From assembly GCA_963747235.1 (NCBI GenBank), contig CAVVEU010000031.1:64001-128000 (forward strand): a stretch of DNA of 64,000 nt. The letters run 5' to 3'. The translations under genes were made by a program, and so were the position numbers. Positions 40,327 to 49,181 of this stretch are shown here, piece after piece. The notes below the pieces were generated by a model that was not told the DNA's origin, searched no databases, and worked only from the letters and a program-made list of their open reading frames with translations. The DNA is from an uncultured Candidatus Rokubacteria bacterium (GTDB lineage: Bacteria > Methylomirabilota > Methylomirabilia > Rokubacteriales > CSP1-6). Positions within the stretch are counted from its first letter, which is position 1. Each line of letters begins with the position of its first letter.

Positions 40327-41262
40327 CTACTCGACCAGGAGCCGCTCGGCCTTTCGGGGCAGCTTCACCTTCGCGGGGAGCGGCGCCCGAGCCCGGATCA
40401 GCTCGAGGCTGCGCTCGAGTGTCTCCGCGGTGACTCGGCCGTCGGCGAGGAAGAGGTCACGGGCGCCTCGAAGACGCAGGGCGAAGTCGCCCGGCGAGCC
40501 GATCACCGACGACGGAAGCGAGGCCTGGAGCGCGGCCGGCTCGGCCGAGATCGTCCGGGCCACCGCGGCCTGGAGCGCGGCCCGCAGGGCCTGGATCGTG
40601 GCCGCCGACGGCTCGGCGCCGGCTTTCGCGAAGAGCGCCGCGCCCACGGTGGGGCCGCCGAGCACCGCCGCCCAGTCCTTGGCGGCGCGCAGGTCCACCG
40701 CGATCACCGCCTTGCCGCCTTCGACCAGCCGGCTCACGTGCGGTTCTCCGAGCACGCCGGCCGCCACCTCGCCGCCCTCGAGCGCCCGCACGACGCCCCG
40801 CTCGCCCAGGCTCAGGACCTTGAGATGGTGCATCGCCACGCCGGCGCGCGCGAGCAGCAGTCCGAGCGCCTGGTCCTCCGCGCTGCCGGGCGCCGGGATG
40901 GCGACGGTCTGCCCGACCAGATCGGCCACGGAGCGGATGCTGTCGGCGCGGCCGGGCGCGACGAGCAGCGCGACGGGCGGCGCGGCGGTGAGGGCCCAGA
41001 CGAGCCGCGGCGGCACGCCCTCGGTCCCGCCGAGCCGCAGCGCCGTGTCGAGCGAGGTCGCCGCGAGCTGCGCCTGCCCGGTGGCCAGCATCTCGGCCGC
41101 GGCGGCGTCCGAGCGCGTGGATCGGAGTGTCACGGTGAGCTGCCGGGCGGTGAAGAGCCCTTCGGCCTGGGCCACGTGCAGCGGCAGGTACTCGGGTGAC
41201 GTGGCCGGCCCCGCCACCGCGATCGTGAGCGAGGCCTGCAGCAGCACCAGCCAGGCGATCAT
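40327..41262 (-). CDS. SsuA/THI5/NitT-like ABC substrate-binding protein, no permease or ATPase adjacent
   Basis: YLP..VA...GLF, I.SV.DL.G..VA, GS, AL..G.V.A; EP. Confidence 0.75.
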   Translation of the reverse strand: MIAWLVLLQASLTIAVAGPATSPEYLPLHVAQAEGLFTARQLTVTLRSTRSDAAAAEMLATGQAQLAATSLDTALRLGGTEGVPPRLVWALTAAPPVALLVAPGRADSIRSVADLVGQTVAIPAPGSAEDQALGLLLARAGVAMHHLKVLSLGERGVVRALEGGEVAAGVLGEPHVSRLVEGGKAVIAVDLRAAKDWAAVLGGPTVGAALFAKAGAEPSAATIQALRAALQAAVARTISAEPAALQASLPSSVIGSPGDFALRLRGARDLFLADGRVTAETLERSLELIRARAPLPAKVKLPRKAERLLVE

Positions 41263-42378
41263 GCCCCGGTCGGAGCCGCCACGTCGAAGATCACCCGCGC
41301 GATGCGATCGGCCGCGTCGGGCACGGCGAGGCTCCGGGCCCGCTCTCCCATCGCCGCGAGGGCCGTACGGTCCGACAGGAGGCGCGCCACGGCCTCTACA
41401 AGCCCGTCAGGCGTGAGCGAGACCTGGGGGAATACCACGGCCCCTCCCGCGGCCTCCACGAGGCGTGCGTTGGCCGTCTGCTCGTCCCCGCTGGTGCCGG
41501 GCAGCGGGACGTAGAGGGCGGCGAGGCCGAGCTGGCAGCACTCGTTGACCGTGCCCGCGCCGCTGCGCCCGACGACGAGCGCGGCCGCCGCGTAGACGTC
41601 GCGCAGCTCGGCCCCGACGTAGGCGGTCAAGGCGTAGCGGCGGCGGAGCGATTCCGGCAGCGCCTGGGCGCGCTCGGCGAGCCAGGCTCGATCGCCGGTC
41701 TTCGCGTTGTCGCCGCACTGGTGGATGACCTGGCAGACCTCGAGCAGGCGAGGCAGCGCGGCGCCGACGTCGCGGTTGATCCGGTGCGCGCCCAGCGCGC
41801 CGCCCGTCACGTACACGATCGGGAGCGAGGTGATCCAGGTTGAACCGACGGTGGGCATCCGCCGGGATCCCGCCGAGCAGCTCCTGCCGGAGCGGGTTGC
41901 CGGTGAGCACGGTGCGCTCCTTCGGGAACTCGGCGCCGGTGAGCGGGAACGTGAGCGCGATGCGGCGGGCGAAGCGGCCGGCCACGCGGTTGGCGAGTCC
42001 GGGCACGCTGGTCTGCTCGTGAATGACCAGCGGGATGCGGAGCGTGCGGGCGGCGAGGGCCGGCGGCAGCGCGACGAAGCCGCCGGTGGCGAGGAGCAGC
42101 GCCGGCCGCAGGCGCCGGAGCAGCCGCCACGACTGCGCCAGGCCGGCGGGCGCCCGCACCGCGAGGTCGGGCACGTTCTGCCAGTCCCAGTAGCGGCGGA
42201 GCTTACCCACCGGAATGGTGTGGAACGTGATCCCGGCCTCGGGCACGCGCTTGGCCTCGATGCCCGCCCGGCTGCCGATCCAGTGCACATCCACGCCCGA
42301 CTCGCGCAGCCGCGCCGCCACGGCGAGCCCCGGGCTCGTGTGGCCCCCGGTCCCGCCTCCCGCGATGACTACACGCAT
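41259..42378 (-). CDS. murG: MurG glycosyltransferase, frameshift near 41830
   Basis: [26 protein letters not shown], then GG..GA..IN, RSGAGTV.E, Q..NA. Confidence 0.92.
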
Positions 42379-42536
42379 GCGGACGGGTTCTTCGGCGGGG
42401 ACCTGCTGTCGTACCGGGTTCGGACGTTCTCCACGGACTCTTCAATGCGGGGGCCAGTCATGGCCCCCGCACTCTCCCCAGTCCGACGGAGCAACCGTTC
42501 CGAGCAGGCCCGAGCGCCCGCGCACCCCGCGCCCCG

Positions 42537-43655
42537 TCACCGGCGCTCGAGCGCCAGGTCGATCAGGCGGGCGATCAGCTCGGGGTAGGGGATGCCCGAG
42601 GCTTCCCAGAGGCGCGGGTAGGCGCTGGTCGCGGTGAAGCCGGGGATCGTGTTGATCTCGTTCACGAGCACGCGCCGATCGCCCTCGACGAAGAAGTCCA
42701 CGCGCGCCATGCCCGCGCAGTCGGTGGCGCGGAAGGCGCGCAGGGCCAGCGAGCGGATCTCCTCCGTGACCTCGGGCGACAGCGGCGCCGGCACCTTGAA
42801 CGTGGTCTGCCCCGCGCCGTACTTGGTGTCGTAGTCGTACCACTCGCCGGGGAAGCAGACCTCGCCGGGCACGGAGACTTGCGGCTCGTCGTTGCCGAGC
42901 ACCGCGACCTCCACCTCGCGCGCCTGGATCCCGCGCTCGACGATGATGCGGCGGTCGTGGCGCGCGGCCAGGTCGATGGCGGCGGGCAGATCCTCGGCCG
43001 CCTTCACCTTGCTGATGCCGACGCTCGAGCCCAGGTTCGCCGGCTTGACGAAGCACGGGAAGCCGATCTCCTTCGCGATGCCGCGCGCGATGGCGGCGGG
43101 CTCGCGCTCCCAGTCGTGCCGGCGCACCACCGCGTACTCCACGATGGGCAGCCCATGGGCGCGGAAGAGATCCTTCATGGCGACCTTGTCCATGCCGACC
43201 GCGGAGGCGAGCACGCCCGCGCCGGTGTACGGCACGCCGGCGAGCTGCAGGAGTCCCTGCACGGTGCCGTCCTCGCCCTGCGGGCCGTGGAGCAGGACCA
43301 GGACGACGTCGAGCCGGTCGCGGAGGCCGGGCGGCAGCCCTTCGGACGTCTCCATGCGCATGAGCGAGGTGCCGGTGGCCTGGGCGGCGGCGCGCTCGAG
43401 CAGCTCGTGCTTGGTGTGCGCGTCGGGATCGCCCGACGCCAGGGCGAGCTGGGCGGCTTCCCCGGCCAGGGCGCGCAGCGGGTCGCCGCCCATGAGCCAG
43501 CGGCCGTCCTTGGCGATGCCGATGGGCACCAGCTCGAAGCGGTTCTTGTCCATCGCCGCCATCACGGAGGCGGCGCCGGCCAGGGAGACCTCGTGCTCGC
43601 CCGAGCGGCCGCCGAAGACCACCCCTACCCGGAGCTTGCGGGGCTTTTCCGCCAT
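42537..43655 (-). CDS. ddl: D-alanine--D-alanine ligase
   Basis: FGGRSGEHEVS, LHGP.GEDG, MDK, VKP..GSSVG, YDY.TKY, NEINTIPGFT. Confidence 0.96.
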   Translation of the reverse strand: MAEKPRKLRVGVVFGGRSGEHEVSLAGAASVMAAMDKNRFELVPIGIAKDGRWLMGGDPLRALAGEAAQLALASGDPDAHTKHELLERAAAQATGTSLMRMETSEGLPPGLRDRLDVVLVLLHGPQGEDGTVQGLLQLAGVPYTGAGVLASAVGMDKVAMKDLFRAHGLPIVEYAVVRRHDWEREPAAIARGIAKEIGFPCFVKPANLGSSVGISKVKAAEDLPAAIDLAARHDRRIIVERGIQAREVEVAVLGNDEPQVSVPGEVCFPGEWYDYDTKYGAGQTTFKVPAPLSPEVTEEIRSLALRAFRATDCAGMARVDFFVEGDRRVLVNEINTIPGFTATSAYPRLWEASGIPYPELIARLIDLALERR

Positions 43656-43668
43656 GAATTTAGTTGTA

Positions 43669-44898
43669 TCAGACCACGGTTTTCCGGGGGGAGAACTCCT
43701 TGAAGCCCACCGCGAGCGGCCCGGCCAGGGCCACCACGCCCAGCACCCCGAAGGCCCAGAGCCAGCGGGAATCCGGGGAGGCGCCGAGCGCGGGCGCCCA
43801 GTCGAGCATCGCGCCGAAGACGGCCGGGCCGAGCGCGCCGGCCGCGAAGCCCGCCGAGGACTGCAGCGCCATCGTGCGGCCGAGATAGGCCGGCTCGGCG
43901 ACGTCGGCGATGCCGGTGGACACCATGGCCGACTCCGCGGTCACCAGGATCCCGTAGACCAGCCCGAGGGCCACGAGGGCCGGGAACGGCCAGCCGAGTC
44001 CCCAGCCGATCGTGAGCGAGCAGGCGGCGGAGCACAGCATCACGATGCTGATGGGCCGGGCCCGACCGAAGCGGTCCACGATGAGGCCGGAGAAGGGATG
44101 CGGCAGGGCGCCGATGGCCAGCACCGCCGAGGCGGCGTACGCGGCCTCCTGCGTGGCCGCCGCGAGGCCGGCGCCCGCCGCCATCAGGCTCGCGGTGAAG
44201 AACGGCGCGATCCAGAGGCGCATGCCCATCAGCTCGAAGGTGTGGGCCACGTAGGCGGTGATGAGCCGGAGCGCGCTCGGGTTGCGGAGCACGGGACCGA
44301 ACCCGCCGCCGCGCGACGGGCTCGCGGGCGCCGCCGGCCGCGGCGTCTCGTCGGGCAGGACCCAGTAGCCGATGAGCACGGCCACGGCGGGCCCGAGCGC
44401 GGTCACCGCGAAGGCCGCCCGCCAGCCCCAGAGGCCATTGGCCAGGCCGGTGACCAGCAGCGAGATCGAGGTGCCGAGCGTGAACGTGCCGATGTAGCAG
44501 CCCATGGCGAACCCGCGCCGGCCGTGCGCGAAGCGCTCGGCCACCATGCGCATGCCGGGCATGTAGGTGCCCGCCAGGCCCAGGCCCACCAGGGTGCGCA
44601 GCACGAGGGCCGAGAGGAAGCCGTCCGCCCACCACGCGAAGGCCACGCTGGTGAGCGCCGTCCACGCGGCGCTCGCCAGGTAGATTCGCCGCGGCGCCAT
44701 GTAGTCGGTGAGCGTGGCCAGGACCGCCACGACGCCGATGTAGCCCACCTGGTAGAAGGCGAGGATGAGCCCGGCCTCCGTGTTGGAGAGCCCCCACTCG
44801 ACCTTGAGGAGCGGCAGGAGCGCCGAGAAGCTCTGGAAGACGAGCATGGTGCCCAGCTCGGCGAGGCAGATCGCCAGGAGCCAGGCGCGATCGCTCAC
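43669..44898 (-). CDS. MFS transporter
   Basis: About 12 hydrophobic segments, G...DRFGR, R...G...AG.YMPG; GTG overlaps the rarA stop. Confidence 0.88.
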   Translation of the reverse strand: MSDRAWLLAICLAELGTMLVFQSFSALLPLLKVEWGLSNTEAGLILAFYQVGYIGVVAVLATLTDYMAPRRIYLASAAWTALTSVAFAWWADGFLSALVLRTLVGLGLAGTYMPGMRMVAERFAHGRRGFAMGCYIGTFTLGTSISLLVTGLANGLWGWRAAFAVTALGPAVAVLIGYWVLPDETPRPAAPASPSRGGGFGPVLRNPSALRLITAYVAHTFELMGMRLWIAPFFTASLMAAGAGLAAATQEAAYAASAVLAIGALPHPFSGLIVDRFGRARPISIVMLCSAACSLTIGWGLGWPFPALVALGLVYGILVTAESAMVSTGIADVAEPAYLGRTMALQSSAGFAAGALGPAVFGAMLDWAPALGASPDSRWLWAFGVLGVVALAGPLAVGFKEFSPRKTVV

Positions 44899-46218
44899 GC
44901 GCGCTTCTGCTTCTCCCGCCAGGCCCGCCACTTGGCCAGGCGCTCCGCGATCTCCTTCTCCGCGCCGCGCTCGGTGGGCCGGTAGTAGACGCGCCCGCGC
45001 AGGGCGTCGGGCAGGTGCTCCTGGCTCACCTGCGCGTCGGGCGCGTCGTGGGCGTACTGGTAGCCGCGGCCGTAGCCCAGGTTGCTCATGAGGCCGGTCG
45101 GCGCGTTCCGCAGGTGCAGCGGCACCGGCTCGGCCGGCTTCTCCTGGATGTCGTGGCGCGACCGCGTTCCAGGCCGCGTAGACCGCGTTCGACTTCGGCG
45201 CCAGCGCGAGGTAGCAGGTGGCCTGCGCCAGGGCCAGCTCGCCCTCCGGCGTGCCGAGGAAGTGGTAGGCCTCCTTGGCGTCGAGCGTCACGCGCAGCGC
45301 GGCCGGATCCGCGTTGCCCACGTCCTCCGAGGCGAAGCGCACGAGCCGCCGCGCCACGTAGAGCGGGTCCTCGCCCGCCTCCAGCATGCGGCCGAGCCAG
45401 TAGAGCGCGCCGTCGGGATCGGAGTCGCGCAGCGACTTGTGGAGCGCGGAGATCAGGTTGTAGTGCTGCTCGCCCGACTTGTCGTAGAGCAGGGTCTTCT
45501 TCTGCACCGCGTCGCGCACCGCCGCCTGGGTCACGCGGGCGCCCGGATCGCTCGCCGCGATCTCCAGCACGTTGAGCGCGGTGCGCGCGTCGCCGTCGGA
45601 GAGCCGCGCGATGAGGGCCAGCGCGTCGGGCTCGGCGGTGGCGCGGCCGGCGCCCAGGCCGCGCTCGGCATCGGCGAGCGCGCGCTCCAGGATGGCCACC
45701 AGGTCGGCCTCGGCGAGCGGGCGGAGCACGTAGACGCGGCAGCGCGACAGGAGCGCGCCGTTCACCTCGAACGACGGGTTCTCGGTGGTGGCGCCGATCA
45801 GCACGATGGTGCCCTTCTCGACGTAGGGCAGGAAGGCGTCCTGCTGCGCGCGGTTGAAGCGGTGGATCTCGTCCACGAAGAGGATCGTGCGCTGCCCGCG
45901 CCGGCCGCCCTCGGCTTCCGCCTCGGTCATCACCTGGCGGATCTCCTTCACGCCCGACACCACCGCCGAGAACGGCACGAAGCGGGCGCCCGCCACGTCG
46001 GCCAGGAGGCGCGCCAGCGTGGTCTTGCCGGTGCCGGGCGGGCCCCAGAGGATCATCGAGTGGAGCTGGCCCTCCTCGAGGGCGCGCCGCAGCGGCTTGC
46101 CGGGCTCGGTGAGCTGCGGCTGGCCGACGACCTCGTCGAGGCTCGTCGGGCGCATGCGGTCGGCCAGCGGCGCGGGCGCCTTCGGGGCGGAGGACGGCGG
46201 CGTGTCGAACAGGTCCAC
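44895..46218 (-). CDS. rarA: Replication-associated recombination protein RarA/MgsA, frameshift near 45160
   Basis: [57 protein letters not shown]. Confidence 0.95.
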
Positions 46219-46235
46219 GCCGCGAATTATACGCA

Positions 46236-46293
46236 CCCTCTCCCCTCAGGGGAGAGGGCAAGGGTGAGGGGCCCTGGAGGTGAGGGGTGGTGT
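46236..46293. repeat. REP-like palindrome, copy 2
   Basis: CCCTCTCCCCTCAGGGGAGAGGGC identical to 9261-9284, followed by AGGGTGAGGGG and GTGAGGGGTGGTGTC. Confidence 0.8.
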
Positions 46294-46965
46294 CTAGGCC
46301 AGCGCCGCGGGGAGATCGAGCAGCGAGTGGATCTCCGCCGCGATCACGACCCCGCGCTGCTCCATCTCGGCCCGGTCGGGGCGATAGGCGATGAAGGGCA
46401 CGCCGCCGGCCAGGGCGGCCGCGCCGTCCACCCACGAATCGCCCACGACCACGATCTGCTCGGCGTCCGGCCAGCGCTCCCGCACCACGCGCAGGCCGTC
46501 CGGATCGGGCTTGAGCCGGCGCATCTCGTCGCGGGTGACGATGAGATCGAGGTGCGGGAGCAGCTCGAAGCGCGCGAGGACGAAGTCCGCGACCACCCGG
46601 TCGTTGTTGGTCCAGATGGCGGTGGCGAAGCCGAGATCCTTCATCGCGGCCACCGTCTCGCGCGCGAAGGGCACGAGGGTCGCCTCCGCCATGGCCCGCC
46701 GCTCGTGCGCGACCGGGATCGCGAGCAGCTCGGCCTCGAGGTGCGCGGCCTCGCGCCGCACCAGGTCGAACAGCTCGGCGCCCGACCAGCGGAGCGCCCG
46801 CGCGGGCACCGCGATGCCGCGGGCGCGCACGAAGGCCTCCATGTCACGGCCCACGGCCTTCAGATCGAGCGGGGAGTTGACCAGCGTGTGGTCGAGATCG
46901 AAGACGCAGACCGCCGGCGCGGCGCCTATGCCACGGCCTCCGGCTCGTCGAGCACCAGCGCGCAC
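46294..46965 (-). CDS. HAD hydrolase (phosphoglycolate phosphatase-like), start uncertain
   Basis: FDLDHTLVNS, WTNN, KPDP, VGDS..D. Confidence 0.85.
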   Translation of the reverse strand: MRAGARRAGGRGIGAAPAVCVFDLDHTLVNSPLDLKAVGRDMEAFVRARGIAVPARALRWSGAELFDLVRREAAHLEAELLAIPVAHERRAMAEATLVPFARETVAAMKDLGFATAIWTNNDRVVADFVLARFELLPHLDLIVTRDEMRRLKPDPDGLRVVRERWPDAEQIVVVGDSWVDGAAALAGGVPFIAYRPDRAEMEQRGVVIAAEIHSLLDLPAALA

Positions 46966-47083
46966 AGGAGATCGGAGTGGGTGAGGATGCCCACGAGCCG
47001 GTCGTCCTCGGTCATGAGGGCCTCGGGCGCGCCCGCGGCGTCACGGTCAGCGGCGCCGGCGTCATCGCCTCGCGTGCGTTCAC
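46926..47083 (-). CDS. Very short single-CBS-domain ORF, frameshifted or internally deleted
   Basis: VNAREAMTPAPLTVTP, then in a shifted frame PEALMTEDDRLVGILTHSDLLCALV; GTG overlaps the GntR stop. Confidence 0.55.
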
Positions 47084-48081
47084 GCCCGCTCCCCGTCGAG
47101 CTGGGCCAGCACGTCCCGCAGCAGGTCCACGCCGCCGGTGTCGAGCCGCCGGTCGGCCAGGATCACCTCCACGTCGTGGGGCACCCGCTCGCGGATGCGC
47201 CCGGCGGCCTGCTCGGAGCAGACCACGATGCGCGTCTTCTCGAGCAGGCGGTCGATGGACCACGGATCGTCGGCCGCGGCGAGGATCGGCACCAGGTGCG
47301 AGAGCCCGGCGGACTGCACCGAGCTCAGCAGGTTCTGGCTGCCGCGCGACGTGTTGCAGATCAGCCCGACCGTCGTACCTTCCGCCAGCTCGGTCAGGCG
47401 CAGCAGCGAGGCGATGTTCGACTCCGAGAGCAGCGCGACGGTGGGCGGCCCGTCGAGCGGCAGCGCCTGCTTGACCTCGTGGATGTGGAAGAACGTGGTG
47501 ATCACCACGCGGTAGCCCGCGAGGAAGCCCGGCTCCCGCAGGCGCGCGTCGAGCTCCTCCACGAGCAGCCGGTCCACGATGATCGGCAGCTCTTCCTCGA
47601 GCTGCTCGCGATAGCGCGTCAGCTCGGGGTGATTGCACTCGACCAGCAGCGTGCGCACCTTGGCCCGTCGCGCGGAGCGCGCCGCCGGAGCCTGGCCGGC
47701 GATGGTCGCGGCGAGCTCCTCGTGCGTGAAGCCCAGGCGCCGCGCCCGCTCGAGCGTCTCCTCTACGAGCCGCTCGAGGCTGCGCGCGGCCCGGCCCTCG
47801 TGTGCGGGCGGCCGGTCGGCCACGAACGTGCCGCGGCCCTGGTGGCTCGCCAGGTACCCGTCCTGGTCGAGGTCGGCCAGCGCGCGCGCCACCGTGTTGC
47901 GGTTGATCCGGAGAAAGCCCGCGAGCTGGCGCACGGTGGGGAGCTGCATCCCCGGCTTCAGCGAGCCGATATTGATCAGGTGCCGGATCTGGGTTTGGAG
48001 CTGGACGTGGACGGGCACCGTGCTCTTCCGGTTGACCCGGAGCCCCGAGGGCGGGGTGATCTGCGAGGCTTCGCGCGCCAC
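47080..48081 (-). CDS. GntR family regulator: YtrA-like HTH plus long C-terminal effector domain
   Basis: PVHVQL..QI...I..G.L.PG..LPTVRQLA..L.INRNTV.RA...L...G, GRGTFV. Confidence 0.9.
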   Translation of the reverse strand: MAREASQITPPSGLRVNRKSTVPVHVQLQTQIRHLINIGSLKPGMQLPTVRQLAGFLRINRNTVARALADLDQDGYLASHQGRGTFVADRPPAHEGRAARSLERLVEETLERARRLGFTHEELAATIAGQAPAARSARRAKVRTLLVECNHPELTRYREQLEEELPIIVDRLLVEELDARLREPGFLAGYRVVITTFFHIHEVKQALPLDGPPTVALLSESNIASLLRLTELAEGTTVGLICNTSRGSQNLLSSVQSAGLSHLVPILAAADDPWSIDRLLEKTRIVVCSEQAAGRIRERVPHDVEVILADRRLDTGGVDLLRDVLAQLDGERA

Positions 48082-48095
48082 GTCCGCGGCTCCCC

Positions 48096-48302
48096 TCAGG
48101 CCGTAGCTCGTCGCGGTCCGGCGGCCGGCTTGGGCGCCCGCCCGGCCACCCAGTGCCCGACCTTGATGAGCGCGAACCCGACCGCGACCCGCACGGGACG
48201 GCGCGCCGGCCGGAGCTTTCGGAGGAGGGCCAGGTGGGCCGCCAACGCCCGGGCCTCGTCCAGCCGCTCTCTGACCAGTTGCTCGTGCAGGTGCGTATTC
48301 AT
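48096..48302 (-). CDS. Small 68-aa basic/amphipathic protein leading the GntR operon
   Basis: GGAG RBS, located immediately downstream of the promoter/operator, ends 14 bp before gntR. Confidence 0.6.
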   Translation of the reverse strand: MNTHLHEQLVRERLDEARALAAHLALLRKLRPARRPVRVAVGFALIKVGHWVAGRAPKPAAGPRRATA

Positions 48303-48389
48303 CTCCGATCTCCTTGATCGTGCGCCTTGGTTGCGGGAGCAGGTCGATTGTCCCTAGGACAACTAGACGTCGGCTCACCCCGCAAGGCT

Positions 48390-48438
48390 TAGTGTCTTAG
48401 TGTCCTATAACACTAAGACACTATACGGGAGATGTCAA
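48390..48438 (-). promoter_or_regulatory. Sigma70 promoter overlapped by a perfect 14-bp inverted-repeat operator
   Basis: TAGTGTCTTAGTGT-N6-ACACTAAGACACTA at 48390-48423; minus-strand TTGACA (48438-48433), 17 bp, TAGTGT (48415-48410). Confidence 0.85.
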
Positions 48439-48452
48439 GTTTTCCGCGGAGC

Positions 48453-49181
48453 CTACTCGGCGGCCAGGCGGTAGCCCACGCCCGGCTCGGTCAGTAGGTA
48501 CCGGGGCCGAGCGGGCTCATACTCGAGCTTGCGGCGCAGGGCCCCCATGTAGACGCGGAGATAGTGGGCCTGGTCGGTGTGAGATGGCCCCCACACTTCC
48601 TTTAATAGGTGCCGCTGGCTCAGGACTCGGCCGGCGTGCTTGACCAGAGCGGTCAGCAGCCGGTACTCGATCGGGGTCAGGTGGACGTCCTTGCCGTCGA
48701 GCTGGACCTGGCGCTTGACCTGGTCGACTCGGAGACCGCCCACGGTGAAGATAGGCTCGCCCGACTCGCCGCCCGCCGCGTGGCGCAACGCGACCCGCAG
48801 GCGCGCGAGCAGCTCCCCCACCGCGAACGGCTTGCTGACGAAATCGTCGGCGCCGGCGTCGAGAGCCGCGACCTTGTCGCGCTCCTGGCCCCGCGCGGAG
48901 AGCACGATGATGGGCACGCGGCTCCACTCTCGCAGCCGCCGGATCACCTCCAGGCCGTCCAGATCGGGCAGGCCCAGGTCCAGGATGACGACGTCGGGCT
49001 GGCGGCTCGCCGCCTCGATCAGCCCGTCCTCACCGGAGGTCGCCTCGTACAGCCGGTAGCCCTGAGTGCCGAGGGTGGCGCGCAGGAACCGGCGGATCTG
49101 GGGCTCGTCCTCGATGAGGACGACGACCGGCGGGGGTGCCGGTGCGGGCGTTCTCGCGGCCGGCTCGGGCTCAGGCGGCAT
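48453..49181 (-). CDS. kdpE: Response regulator KdpE
   Basis: EDEPQIRRFL, LDLGLPD.DG, ALDAGADD, LTPIEY.LL, YLRVYM..LR.KLE, TEPGVGYR. Confidence 0.95.
   Translation of the reverse strand: MPPEPEPAARTPAPAPPPVVVLIEDEPQIRRFLRATLGTQGYRLYEATSGEDGLIEAASRQPDVVILDLGLPDLDGLEVIRRLREWSRVPIIVLSARGQERDKVAALDAGADDFVSKPFAVGELLARLRVALRHAAGGESGEPIFTVGGLRVDQVKRQVQLDGKDVHLTPIEYRLLTALVKHAGRVLSQRHLLKEVWGPSHTDQAHYLRVYMGALRRKLEYEPARPRYLLTEPGVGYRLAAE

Noticed and set aside
43669-46236. Apparent RarA-MFS fusion, and likewise BNR-CopC (9897-11894)
   Set aside because: The true C-termini lie in shifted frames with their own stops, and the downstream genes have overlapping GTG/ATG starts.
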